Shown here in pieces: positions 17,922 to 27,787 of a stretch of DNA of 64,000 nucleotides (its first letter is position 1; every line of letters begins with the position of its first letter). This DNA is from a virus. The DNA is taken from IMG/VR virus record IMGVR_UViG_3300028416_000485; one strand, written 5' to 3'. The position numbers were made by a program, and so were the translations under genes. The notes beneath the pieces are model-generated. The model was not told where the DNA came from. It did no database searches and worked only from the letters and a program-made list of their open reading frames with translations.

Positions 17922-18528
17922 CTACTGTATATTCAACACAATCTGCTATTAAAAAGACACTTTCATCTTGTTCAGTAATAATACTATGTGTAAATTTTGG
18001 ATCAAAAAGAAAAGCATCGCCTTCTTTTAAACTTAAATTATTTCCGTTATAACACCAATCTGTATGTGTAGTTTCTTTACTTATACACTGAACATAACGA
18101 ATTGGACTATCTTTATCTACGTGCATTGGCAACTTATGAGGTCCTTTATGAATACTGTACCACAAATACTTAAAATTGTATTTTGTACAAGTATTAACAT
18201 ATTTTTTATTATTTGCAATATCAAGATCAAAGCTATGTATTTTTACACTATTGTATAAATCATTGTATATAACATTTCCAGTTTTATCCATATATATAGT
18301 TGTACTACCAACAGGCTGCTGCATACACCAATTTTCCATTTTCCATTCATTGTTAAATGTTGTCTGTGTTTCAATTACACTATTGATTGGATTATATAAA
18401 TTTATAATAATCCAATCGTTGATTACATGTCCAAGATCGGAATATAAGTGCTGGTTTATTTGTTTTTTATATAACTTTTTAAAATACCTAGTATCAAATA
18501 AAGGATCTATAAACTTTATATTATTCAT
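17905..18528 (-). CDS. Putative 2OG-Fe(II) oxygenase / cupin (AspH-like)
   Basis: LPMHVD (HxD) and distal FTHS in a beta-rich C-terminus. Confidence 0.55.
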   Translation of the reverse strand: MNNIKFIDPLFDTRYFKKLYKKQINQHLYSDLGHVINDWIIINLYNPINSVIETQTTFNNEWKMENWCMQQPVGSTTIYMDKTGNVIYNDLYNSVKIHSFDLDIANNKKYVNTCTKYNFKYLWYSIHKGPHKLPMHVDKDSPIRYVQCISKETTHTDWCYNGNNLSLKEGDAFLFDPKFTHSIITEQDESVFLIADCVEYTVDEFNV

Positions 18529-20291
18529 AGTTTAATAGGTACCTGATTATTTCGCTGATCTCCGTCTGTTGGATACATCCAACTGGTGTTGTACGTTATA
18601 TTTCCTGTGAGATCATTATGTTTTATTAAGCCAAGGTGGTACTTACCTATCCATTCAATGTTTGACTTGTATACATAATCAGGTACTATTCCAGAACATA
18701 ATGCGTCTGTAGCTTCATGATGTGTTAATCCAAAGCTACGAAGTCTTGGATATGCCCAAAAACTTACATTGTAGTCAGCATGTCTTTCAAATTGTGTGCG
18801 GGGATGATTTTCCATTATACTCTCCCACCTTAACGCAATTTCTTTAGCTTTAGGTAAATCCATAGTGCCGTGTCTCCAATAGTATTCAGGATCCCATCTT
18901 ACTTCATGTATTCCAAATTTATCAGACTTGTCACTAAACGCATTACTTGTGCGGCCGCCGGCATCTGATACAAAAAGTATTTCGTATTGCGCTTTATCGA
19001 TAACTTGTTGTTTAACTAACCAATCAGCAGTATCCATTAGACTTTCTTCAGTTTCGCCAGGAAGCCCTACTATAAAACTAGTAAGTATAAAGATTTCGTC
19101 TCCTGCTTTTTCGCGAATCCACTCTAGTATTCCTTTAATTTTTTCAGGGTCTAATCCTTTACCGGCAACTTTTGCTGCTGTATGATTAAAAGTTTCAACG
19201 CCTAAGAACATACCTCTACATCCCATGTCTAGCATTTTATCTAACATTTGTGGAAACTTATGGAACATATCCGGTCTGGTATACGCAATCCATTCGATCT
19301 TAAACGGCAAGCTACTAATAACATCATGCATCATATTAATTTTTGCCATACTGTCGTTTACTGTATCATCAGTAAGTTGATATCCAGTTGTTCCAAAATG
19401 CTCATAGTTATAAAGTAGTTCTCTTCTTAAACATTCAGCACTTTTAATAACTGTTCCACTATGATCATAGAAACAGAACTTACATCCAAATCTACAACCT
19501 TTTGATATTTCTAAAGGAAGCCATTCGCCTGTTTGTACACTATCTTGCGGTATCCATTTTGTTTGTGTAACTATTGCGCCTTTGCCAGCTAGTGCAGGTT
19601 CATTAATAAATGTTACATTATCTTTTATACGCATTTGAGAAGGGTCTAGCTCGCCATTTAAAAAATCAACCATTGTTCTTTCACTGTACCCATGGAACGC
19701 ATAATCAATATACTCTTTCATTGCCTCGGGCAAAGACTTATTTACTTTTCCTGTTACAAAGTGCTGTTTATATATTGTATCTACTAATGCGCCACCGATT
19801 ATTATTTTTGCGTTTGGGGCCCGACGTTTTAATTCCTTAAACCATTCGCAACATTCTTCATGACTAAAATGCCATAAATTAAATTTTCCTTGAGTAGGAT
19901 TAAAAGGATTATTTAAAAACGTTAAACTTAAAGCAACATACTCAGTATCTGGTGTTACTAACTGTTCAAAGAAATCAAAGAAATTATCTAGTTTAGTAAA
20001 ATAATCAAAAACTATTGCTTCGTATTTTGTATGTTCTCTAATATTACTAGCTACAGTATACGGTCCCATGTATCTAGTCCAGAAGTTGTACTTACTACTA
20101 CCTAAATATTTGCCACCTACATAGTTGGTATTTTTAACTGATATTTCTAATCCGTATTCACTATTAACATCTTCAAAAGCAGATTTGTACATGTCAGTAC
20201 GTTCATCCTCTTCGAGAAAGTGCGATCTAAACTTTGTACCACCTGTACCTCTTACATCATAGATATCGCTTAAAATTATTATCCTACTCAT
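18525..20291 (-). CDS. Cobalamin-binding-domain radical SAM enzyme
   Basis: N-terminal B12-type domain (GPYTVAS...KIIIGGA), EISKGCRFGCKFC, LTDDTVN, FLGVET, FIVGLPGET. Confidence 0.85.
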   Translation of the reverse strand: MSRIIILSDIYDVRGTGGTKFRSHFLEEDERTDMYKSAFEDVNSEYGLEISVKNTNYVGGKYLGSSKYNFWTRYMGPYTVASNIREHTKYEAIVFDYFTKLDNFFDFFEQLVTPDTEYVALSLTFLNNPFNPTQGKFNLWHFSHEECCEWFKELKRRAPNAKIIIGGALVDTIYKQHFVTGKVNKSLPEAMKEYIDYAFHGYSERTMVDFLNGELDPSQMRIKDNVTFINEPALAGKGAIVTQTKWIPQDSVQTGEWLPLEISKGCRFGCKFCFYDHSGTVIKSAECLRRELLYNYEHFGTTGYQLTDDTVNDSMAKINMMHDVISSLPFKIEWIAYTRPDMFHKFPQMLDKMLDMGCRGMFLGVETFNHTAAKVAGKGLDPEKIKGILEWIREKAGDEIFILTSFIVGLPGETEESLMDTADWLVKQQVIDKAQYEILFVSDAGGRTSNAFSDKSDKFGIHEVRWDPEYYWRHGTMDLPKAKEIALRWESIMENHPRTQFERHADYNVSFWAYPRLRSFGLTHHEATDALCSGIVPDYVYKSNIEWIGKYHLGLIKHNDLTGNITYNTSWMYPTDGDQRNNQVPIKL

Positions 20292-21811
20292 AATAAGTTG
20301 TTTTTCCTTAAATATTCATTTGCTAGTTTTTTATAGTTAGAAGCGTGTTGTCTAATCCATGTTGTATTATTTTTATCTGCACGAATGATCTCACTGTGTG
20401 TAAATCTTAGATTACTAGCACGACTGTATCCTAAGTAAGATGTCATAATGCGTTTTTGCCATGCGGATCCTTGTTGTGCTTGTTCAATAATATTTATCAA
20501 GTCTGACTTTGTCATATCGCCGTTTTGCCAATCTTCAACATATATACCATTAGCGTTTTTTTCAAGTGTAACCGTATATCCGTATTTTTCAGGATTGCGT
20601 TGTATTCTACTATAATCAATAGTATATTCTTTGTTAGGATCATATCCACCAATATATAGAGGAGTTATCTCCCAAGCATCAAGCCATGGCTGTGTACTAA
20701 TCCAATCTACTAGTTCAATACAACTAGACTTTGTTTCTCCTGGCAATCCTAGTATAAATCCACTGCCTTGTACTATACTATCGCCCCATACACTTTTACA
20801 TTGTTCTAACGCACTTTCAATAATATGACGTTTGGTTACTTTGCCTATAAGAGGTCCTACATGATCTGTAACTGTTTCTATTCCCCATTGTATACTGCGA
20901 CAGCCACTTTCTTGTATCATACTAATCATTTCAGGCTTTTGGTATAACAAGTCAAGTCTACCAAAACCACTCCATGTAATATCAAACGGTAGGTCAGTAA
21001 ATACATTGTGTATTAGACTCATCTTTCTCATGTTTTCGTTGAGCTGATAATCAGTAATCATGTAGTGATGTGTACCAAAACGTTCATAGTTTTCTATTAG
21101 TACATCTCGCAAATGTGTTTTGTCTAAGGTCCAGCTGTTTACTGCTTTTTTAGGGTAGTCACAAAAGGCACAGTTAAAAGGACAACCTCTACTGATTTCT
21201 AATGGTAGTGCTTCATGTGGAAATATATAATCATCGTCTGTCCAGTGTATTTTACTGTACCTAAACTCTTGCTCTGTCATACTACCATAATCAAGTTCTG
21301 ACTTAACAAAGTTAGTTTCAGGAAACTGTTCCATTAATCCCAACACACTTTTATCTGCCATACCTCCTACCCATAAGTCTACCATAGGATACTTCTTTTG
21401 TAGAGCACGTTTTTGTGCAACCTTTTGGCCACCTACAACTATCTTGATGTTAGGGTATTTGGCTTTTGCAATATCAAACCATTTAGTAACTTCTTCTGGA
21501 GAAAAAGGAAAATACACATTCCACATATTACTTTTGCGTGTTCTACTATCTGCACTCCAATGTGTTTCCCAATCTTCTGGCATTAGTGTACTAAAATGTG
21601 TACTACTAAATCCTAAAAACTTTGTTTGATTGCTTACGTATAAATCTACTGCACGTTGAAAACGTTCTTCTGTAAAGTGACTAAAAAAGTCTATAACTTT
21701 AACTTTGTATCCTGATTCACGTAGTCTGCTGGCAACTGTATAGGCGCCAGCATCTCTGCCCCAGCCTATGCTACCATTGCATTCTGTAAATAGCACTACA
21801 TCATAACTCAT
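20288..21811 (-). CDS. Cobalamin-binding-domain radical SAM enzyme
   Basis: GAYTVASRLRESGYKVKVIDF, KIVVGG, EISRGCPFNCAFC, WGIET, FILGLPGET. Confidence 0.87.
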   Translation of the reverse strand: MSYDVVLFTECNGSIGWGRDAGAYTVASRLRESGYKVKVIDFFSHFTEERFQRAVDLYVSNQTKFLGFSSTHFSTLMPEDWETHWSADSRTRKSNMWNVYFPFSPEEVTKWFDIAKAKYPNIKIVVGGQKVAQKRALQKKYPMVDLWVGGMADKSVLGLMEQFPETNFVKSELDYGSMTEQEFRYSKIHWTDDDYIFPHEALPLEISRGCPFNCAFCDYPKKAVNSWTLDKTHLRDVLIENYERFGTHHYMITDYQLNENMRKMSLIHNVFTDLPFDITWSGFGRLDLLYQKPEMISMIQESGCRSIQWGIETVTDHVGPLIGKVTKRHIIESALEQCKSVWGDSIVQGSGFILGLPGETKSSCIELVDWISTQPWLDAWEITPLYIGGYDPNKEYTIDYSRIQRNPEKYGYTVTLEKNANGIYVEDWQNGDMTKSDLINIIEQAQQGSAWQKRIMTSYLGYSRASNLRFTHSEIIRADKNNTTWIRQHASNYKKLANEYLRKNNLL

Positions 21812-22251
21812 ATTTCTTTAATCACATAACAATTTTGTTCGCTAGTTTCAGTTTCAAAAAACTTGCTTGTTTGTTCAAAGCCAGCATTCAAATAAGTCTT
21901 TAATGCAACCTTTCGTGGTAGGCTCCAACAATATTTTCTGTTTTCGTTTTTGGCTAAATTTACAGTATATTCTAACAAATGTTTACCAATATTATTGTAT
22001 CGATATTCAGGCATTACATATAATCCTCTGCTTCTGTAATGCACTCTACTTGTTGAATGACCGCTGTTTACACCTACTATCTTGTCATCAAGAATATAAC
22101 CAAAAAACGTAGGTTTATAGTTTTTATAAATGTTATCATATGATGTATCTTTATAACGCATATTACTCATAGGTAATATATTATTTCGGTTGGGCCATAA
22201 AAACTCTTGCCAAACTTGATAAACTTCATCGTATGATAGTTCTTTAATCAA
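21808..22251 (-). CDS. GNAT family acetyltransferase
   Basis: Motif A RGLYVMPEYRYNNIGKHLL; motif B ALKTYLNAGF. Confidence 0.8.
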   Translation of the reverse strand: MIKELSYDEVYQVWQEFLWPNRNNILPMSNMRYKDTSYDNIYKNYKPTFFGYILDDKIVGVNSGHSTSRVHYRSRGLYVMPEYRYNNIGKHLLEYTVNLAKNENRKYCWSLPRKVALKTYLNAGFEQTSKFFETETSEQNCYVIKEI

Positions 22252-23225
22252 TACTGATCTCCTACAACAATATGCTTGGGTACAAGATATTGATATATTT
22301 TAAAAAAACTTTGATTGAATGTATTGCCGCTAGAAGCCATTCCGCTGTGTGGCATTTCAACTGGCACAGTTAATGGTTTGTTTACAAAGATAGTTCCCCA
22401 ACGTGCATGTTCAACTACATAACGTTTGGTTGCTAAATCTTTGGTATATAAATGCAATCCTAATCTATTATGAAGTTGGTTTATTTGTTTTACAAGATCT
22501 TTGATATTTGTATATGTACTTACTGTTGCTGTTGGAGAAAAGTGATCAATATCATTGCACTCTCCTAAAGTAACACCGTCGATTGCCATTACAGTATCAA
22601 GTAGTTCTTCAACAACAAAAATATGTTTAGGTGCTGTGCAATCTGCTCCAAGATTGTACTTAACACTCCATTCAAGATTTTCTAATATAAATGCCGAATT
22701 ACCATCGTTAACAACTGCTATACTTGCTCCGCCTACATCTGCATTTACATCATGATGGTTTGATTTAAAATAATCTGCTGTTTTCTTGCTGCCTGTTATA
22801 TCAACAAAGTCATAATCTTTTAAGTTTATATTGTTGACTATTTTTACACTATTGTATTTGTTTTTCCAGTTATCTAATATCCAAGGCAAGGCACCTACAT
22901 TACCATCATTTAGTTTAATATCAATAGTGCATCCAGCTGCTAGTGCCGGCGCTATTTTCCATAATGCTATAACCAATGGATAGTTCCACGGAACAACACC
23001 TAAACAGTGTCCTTTTGATTCCCATCTCATACTACTAGTACATGTCTTAAAGTATTCATATTCAGGCACAGCTATTAGGTTTCGAGCTGCACCAGCATAA
23101 TATCTACAAATATCAACACTAATATTAACAAGTGCAGTTGGTTCAAGTTGTAGTATTTTTTGTTGGTTATCTTCTATAAACTGTGCTAGGCTCAGAAGAA
23201 TTGATTGCTTGTCTTGAGGTTTCAT
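22248..23225 (-). CDS. Minimal aldehyde dehydrogenase, PatD/YdcW (4-aminobutanal dehydrogenase)-like
   Basis: YYAGAAR, PWNYPL...WKIAPALAAG, ITGS, YNLGADCTA (catalytic Cys), EMPHSG; only 325 aa. Confidence 0.75.
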   Translation of the reverse strand: MKPQDKQSILLSLAQFIEDNQQKILQLEPTALVNISVDICRYYAGAARNLIAVPEYEYFKTCTSSMRWESKGHCLGVVPWNYPLVIALWKIAPALAAGCTIDIKLNDGNVGALPWILDNWKNKYNSVKIVNNINLKDYDFVDITGSKKTADYFKSNHHDVNADVGGASIAVVNDGNSAFILENLEWSVKYNLGADCTAPKHIFVVEELLDTVMAIDGVTLGECNDIDHFSPTATVSTYTNIKDLVKQINQLHNRLGLHLYTKDLATKRYVVEHARWGTIFVNKPLTVPVEMPHSGMASSGNTFNQSFFKIYQYLVPKHIVVGDQY

Positions 23226-23236
23226 ATCTTATTGTA

Positions 23237-23899
23237 TTATAGAAAAACAGATTTGTCAAGTATTTCAAATCGTAAACTTAATCCTATTTTATAATCACAA
23301 TCCATACGACCTGTGCAATGTAGTCTATTGCTAGGAAATATAAGAACATTTCCTGGTTTGTAATCATATGCAGTACCAGTTAACCCATAAAATTGTTCTT
23401 CATTACGGTAATCATATTTTAATATTTCATACATGTCATCAGAAATAGGCTGGTCAGTACAACCAACTACAGTTGGGTCTTTATATGGAAAATCACGTTT
23501 TTTATTGAGATTAAAATCTTGTTCAGGTTTCCATATATCACCTAACCATGTTGCACCACTGTAATCTGTACAATATTGATCAAACACAACAAACTTTTGT
23601 TCTATATTATTACTTACATAAAGTGGAATTAAAACATTGTAACTATTTTTATTATTTCCGCTATCTACGTGTGTAAAGTAAGGAAAACTATGCTTGTAAA
23701 AGTTGTCACCTAAGTTTTTATCAACCGGTATATATTTTTTTAAAATAGGTTCGAGTATATGCTGTATGTGACTCCAGGGTTGACCTATTTTGATCATGCC
23801 CATTGTATCATAATGCAAACTTGTATTACTATTGAAGAAATCAAGAAGATTGTCTATCACTTGATTAGACAATAATGATTTATATATTTTAACTGTCAT
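23237..23899 (-). CDS. Putative 2OG-Fe(II) oxygenase
   Basis: YFTHVD ... PGNVLIFPSNRLHC ... KIGLSLR. Confidence 0.6.
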   Translation of the reverse strand: MTVKIYKSLLSNQVIDNLLDFFNSNTSLHYDTMGMIKIGQPWSHIQHILEPILKKYIPVDKNLGDNFYKHSFPYFTHVDSGNNKNSYNVLIPLYVSNNIEQKFVVFDQYCTDYSGATWLGDIWKPEQDFNLNKKRDFPYKDPTVVGCTDQPISDDMYEILKYDYRNEEQFYGLTGTAYDYKPGNVLIFPSNRLHCTGRMDCDYKIGLSLRFEILDKSVFL

Positions 23900-23902
23900 A
23901 TA

Positions 23903-24553
23903 TTAGTTTATGAAGTTTACTTGTATCTCTTGTTTAGATTTGGTTGGAAAAACAAACTCAGGTTTTGTGTGATGCTCTCTACGTGGTCTTGTTTCGTCTT
24001 TGATTCCTATACCCATTAATAGCTTGATTGGATTTTTAGCACCAACTACAGTTGCAACCTCATCTGCGTCAAAACATGCACAACAACCAGTACCGTAGTT
24101 TAACATACTAGAAATAAGATTTGCGTAGCCTGCTGCAATACCAATAGCCATATGTGCATCTTTTTCTAAACTTTTCTTTTGAGCAGCCGTTAGTTTACCA
24201 TCATCATATGCCCACATTTCGTCATTTCTGTGTACCGTATCAGTAGTATGTCTGCTCATATAATCTTCAACTTCAAATGCCAACACTAAGTTTGCCAATA
24301 CCTGACTGTTAGTTTCGTTCTTTCCTGTTTCATAGTTTAAAAACCCTGAAGTGTTATCATGAATATTTTCAATAACTTGTCTATTAGTGATTGCATGTAC
24401 TTTATAAAAAGAAATATTTTGTTTACTAGGACAGTTTGTCACACTATGTATTATTAAATCAATATCATCTTTTGGAATCTGTTTTTGTAAATCCCAGTTA
24501 CGCTGACAATGTTGACTTCTAATGATTGCTTTTTTTACTTCTGTATGATCCAT
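23903..24553 (-). CDS. Nitroreductase-family flavoprotein
   Basis: IIRSQHCQRNW, CPSKQN, AIGIAAG...GTGCCACF, LLMGIG. Confidence 0.75.
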   Translation of the reverse strand: MDHTEVKKAIIRSQHCQRNWDLQKQIPKDDIDLIIHSVTNCPSKQNISFYKVHAITNRQVIENIHDNTSGFLNYETGKNETNSQVLANLVLAFEVEDYMSRHTTDTVHRNDEMWAYDDGKLTAAQKKSLEKDAHMAIGIAAGYANLISSMLNYGTGCCACFDADEVATVVGAKNPIKLLMGIGIKDETRPRREHHTKPEFVFPTKSKQEIQVNFIN

Positions 24554-24572
24554 AAATATTTTCTCCTCAATG

Positions 24573-24580
24573 TATTTATG
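24573..24580 (-). promoter_or_regulatory. Late-type promoter before the nitroreductase gene
   Basis: CATAAATA on the minus strand, then a GAGGAG SD. Confidence 0.45.
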
Positions 24581-25070
24581 ACAATATTATACTAACTGCA
24601 TTGTCTACTGTGATATACTCTGTAGTGGACATATTAGGATACTTTTGTAATATGCGTTCAGTTCCTACATATCCAAAATGAGTATATTTTAAATTTAAGG
24701 TTGTGTCCAGCTTAATCAGATCATTGTGCAATATACGTAATGATTTTTTTTGTATTTGGTATTCTAGTAAATGTTCGTAGTTTTTTAATATAGTTTCATC
24801 CTCAGCTACATTACTACCAACATTAATTATTGTTTTGTTAGTATCTTTAAATGCATGGAACAAATCTAATAACATATAAGTTTGTCCAAACCCATCATGT
24901 GCATTGTTTATAAAAACATCAACGTCATTGCATTGTTTAATAATACGTTTTCTGTCAATACGGTTATTAATGTCATAGCTAGTACTTTTACTAAATCCAA
25001 TAAAGTTTACAACTGATTCAGATATAGCTTTTCCTATACCCGATGTATGTCCTGTTATTGCGTATTTCAT
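24576..25070 (-). CDS. Truncated short-chain dehydrogenase/reductase
   Basis: ITGHTSGIGKAI, FINNA, INVGS, YxxxK (YQIQK); 164 aa. Confidence 0.75.
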   Translation of the reverse strand: MKYAITGHTSGIGKAISESVVNFIGFSKSTSYDINNRIDRKRIIKQCNDVDVFINNAHDGFGQTYMLLDLFHAFKDTNKTIINVGSNVAEDETILKNYEHLLEYQIQKKSLRILHNDLIKLDTTLNLKYTHFGYVGTERILQKYPNMSTTEYITVDNAVSIILS

Positions 25071-25639
25071 TTATCACCTAGTATTGTAACTACTAGATGA
25101 AATCTTTCATCTGTACTACCGTTAAATGCAGTATGAGGAACAACTGTATTTGTCCAATACCATTGATTTTGTTTTAGATGTTTACTTTCGTTTTCGATTA
25201 CCATATAACATCCGTCTTGTGTTTTCATCGGATAATGTAATCTAGGAGTATCATCGTTATGCCAAGTTAAACAAGTTTTAGGTCTAGAATTCATTATGCG
25301 AATCCTACCTACGTTGTATTTTTTGGTTATGCTGTTATATACATCTTCAAATAACGAATCTTTAAACCCTGTACAAAGTATTTCAAAGCTATCTTCTTTT
25401 AAAGGAACTTTTCTAGGAGGTACTACTAGTGTTCCTTGTTTGTTTGTATAAGAGCTATCCCAATCTAAAAATAAACTTCCTCTTCCTGTCAAACAGTTTG
25501 ACGGATCGGCTTTGGTTGCATTTAAACAAATCTGATCGTTGCCTGTATCAGACCACCATATCTTTTTTTCGTCAAGTAATCTTAAAAACTCTGTGTATAA
25601 ATCATATACTGGAAGATCGTCGAGTTCAATAAAATTCAT
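25067..25639 (-). CDS. Aspartyl/asparaginyl beta-hydroxylase-like 2OG-Fe(II) oxygenase
   Basis: GRIRIM, LTWHND, RLHYP, HTAFNG...RFHLV. Confidence 0.75.
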   Translation of the reverse strand: MNFIELDDLPVYDLYTEFLRLLDEKKIWWSDTGNDQICLNATKADPSNCLTGRGSLFLDWDSSYTNKQGTLVVPPRKVPLKEDSFEILCTGFKDSLFEDVYNSITKKYNVGRIRIMNSRPKTCLTWHNDDTPRLHYPMKTQDGCYMVIENESKHLKQNQWYWTNTVVPHTAFNGSTDERFHLVVTILGDK

Positions 25640-26361
25640 TTACTTTCCTTTGTTGTCCATAATATTATACTTTTTTTATTTTTAGTACCAGAACTTAAAT
25701 AAGAATCACTACAATGAAATCTACATTGATGCCAAATCATAAGACTATTTTTTTTCCAATCTATTATTTTTTCAATACTCATTCCTTCAAAAAAACTATA
25801 ATCTTCGTGTTGATTTAAATAGCGATCATAATATTCTTTTGTAATAGTAGTTTCATTTATAAAACCTTTTGAGTTTTTTATTGTGTTAGGCTTTAAAAAT
25901 CCTGTAAAAATATGACGTCTGTATTCCCAATCTTGATCAGGAAAATAATATTGATCAAACGTTATGGTTGATGCTGTTCCCCATTTGTTATCTTCACTTA
26001 TAACATCTAAAGGAATACATAATGTTGCATAGGGTAATGCATTTTCCCTAACATCTGATAAGTTATGGTCAGTGTGTGTTGGAACAGGATTTCCTTGAGT
26101 GTTTGAAACTACCGACAAGTATACATTATGTTTTCCTATTATATCTTCTATACGTTTGTTAAGTAGAGCATAAAGGTTACTTTCGTAATATTTAAACTTA
26201 GTATATTGTTGTCCTGAATGTACAACAGGATCGTTTTCTTCAAGCTCGATTGCCGTAGTTTTTATTTTGTCAAACTCACTGTTACTAAAAAAGTTTTCAA
26301 ATGCCTTAGAAGGAAACATTGTTTTATTTTGAGATTTCATTAGTTCTTTAGAATAATACAT
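25636..26361 (-). CDS. Putative 2OG-Fe(II) oxygenase (start uncertain; ORF open to 26388)
   Basis: PTHTD, LCIPL, FDQY, WHQCRFHCS; resembles 23237-23899. Confidence 0.55.
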   Translation of the reverse strand: MYYSKELMKSQNKTMFPSKAFENFFSNSEFDKIKTTAIELEENDPVVHSGQQYTKFKYYESNLYALLNKRIEDIIGKHNVYLSVVSNTQGNPVPTHTDHNLSDVRENALPYATLCIPLDVISEDNKWGTASTITFDQYYFPDQDWEYRRHIFTGFLKPNTIKNSKGFINETTITKEYYDRYLNQHEDYSFFEGMSIEKIIDWKKNSLMIWHQCRFHCSDSYLSSGTKNKKSIILWTTKESK

Positions 26362-26362
26362 T

Positions 26363-27787
26363 TTAGATTTCCTGCAACTGGCATTCAATATATTTATTTA
26401 CAAACTGTTTTGTATTATTTAATAATGTTTCACGGGGAACATCTATTTCCTTTACATTAACTAAATCTCTCATATCACATCTTAAAGTTGTACTAAACTC
26501 TCCTATTCGAAATCCAGAAACTTTTTTATATTTAAAAGACTTGTCATTTATTTCGATTGCTGCTTGTTGTAGCTCAGTATGTACTAAATTTCCGTTAACC
26601 CAGTTAACAAGGTTGTCTTCTGTAAACTCATATCCATATTTTTCATAGTTTTTTTCAAACTCGCTTACAAACTGTACTCCGTTTTCTGCGTTAATAGGAT
26701 TAATATATAATGCCCAATGCCACCAGCAACTCATATCGTTGTCTATTAACCATTGTAAATCTTTTTCTTCTTGTTCTCTATTCCAACCAGGAAGACCTAC
26801 AATCATTCCCATCCACCAGTTTGTTTTATCTTTCCATTTTTCTTTTAGTTCTAACAAAAAGTCTTTGGCATATTTTCCATTCCAGCCTTTACCGATAGCT
26901 TTTGCACCTTGTTCTTGGAATGTTTCGATACCAAAAAATGCACTACGCAATCCTGATTCCGGTAACAAATCTATCATTTCAGGATACGAAGCTAATAAAT
27001 CTATTCTAATATAAGCTACATATTCTAACTCAAATGGCAAAGACTTACTAATACGATGAATCATTTGTACTTTATCTAGACTTTCGTTAAATGTATCATC
27101 ACTAAAATAATATTTTGTAGTGCCAAACTGTTCATAATTCTGTAATAGCTCTGTACGGATATCTTCTTCTCGCCTTATGTTAGTTCCTTTTTTTCTACCA
27201 ATCAAAGGAAACTGACAAAACTTACATTTAAATATACATCCTCTACTTATCTCAATACTTAACGTTTCATAAGGCTGAATAGCATCACTGTCATGATATT
27301 TTCTTGTAAAGTTTTGTATATTAAACAGTGGGCGTACTTCTATTTTGTTAGATAATCTATCTAACATTGCAAGTGTTTCGTCTTCAGCAAACTGATATAT
27401 ACGAATCCAGTCGTCATCTTCTAATAAAGGAGATGCTGCGTTGGATCCGCCGAGTATCCATTTAATATTAGGATTTGTTTTTTGAAAAGTTTTCTTTAAA
27501 TATTTTACCCATTTTGGACAATGAATTCCGCCTATAGTTAATCCATTATGTGTAACTAGATCAATATTCCAAAAAGTAGTACTTATTCCAAATGCAAGTG
27601 TATCGTCATCAATATGTTTATTTGCAATTTCTTCTAAAATATTAGGACTAATTTTAAAACAAAAATCTATTACTTTTACAGTATAACCAAAGGAACGTAG
27701 CCAGGAAGCAAGTTGATACTGGCCGCCTGAACGTACGGCATATGTCGCTGGTTCTTCCATACCTGCAAAAATAATAAAGTTGGCCAT
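26363..27787 (-). CDS. Cobalamin-binding-domain radical SAM enzyme
   Basis: GQYQLASWLRSFGYTVKVIDF, WILGG, EISRGCIFKCKFC, FSDDTFN, FGIET, MIVGLPG. Confidence 0.87.
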   Translation of the reverse strand: MANFIIFAGMEEPATYAVRSGGQYQLASWLRSFGYTVKVIDFCFKISPNILEEIANKHIDDDTLAFGISTTFWNIDLVTHNGLTIGGIHCPKWVKYLKKTFQKTNPNIKWILGGSNAASPLLEDDDWIRIYQFAEDETLAMLDRLSNKIEVRPLFNIQNFTRKYHDSDAIQPYETLSIEISRGCIFKCKFCQFPLIGRKKGTNIRREEDIRTELLQNYEQFGTTKYYFSDDTFNESLDKVQMIHRISKSLPFELEYVAYIRIDLLASYPEMIDLLPESGLRSAFFGIETFQEQGAKAIGKGWNGKYAKDFLLELKEKWKDKTNWWMGMIVGLPGWNREQEEKDLQWLIDNDMSCWWHWALYINPINAENGVQFVSEFEKNYEKYGYEFTEDNLVNWVNGNLVHTELQQAAIEINDKSFKYKKVSGFRIGEFSTTLRCDMRDLVNVKEIDVPRETLLNNTKQFVNKYIECQLQEI

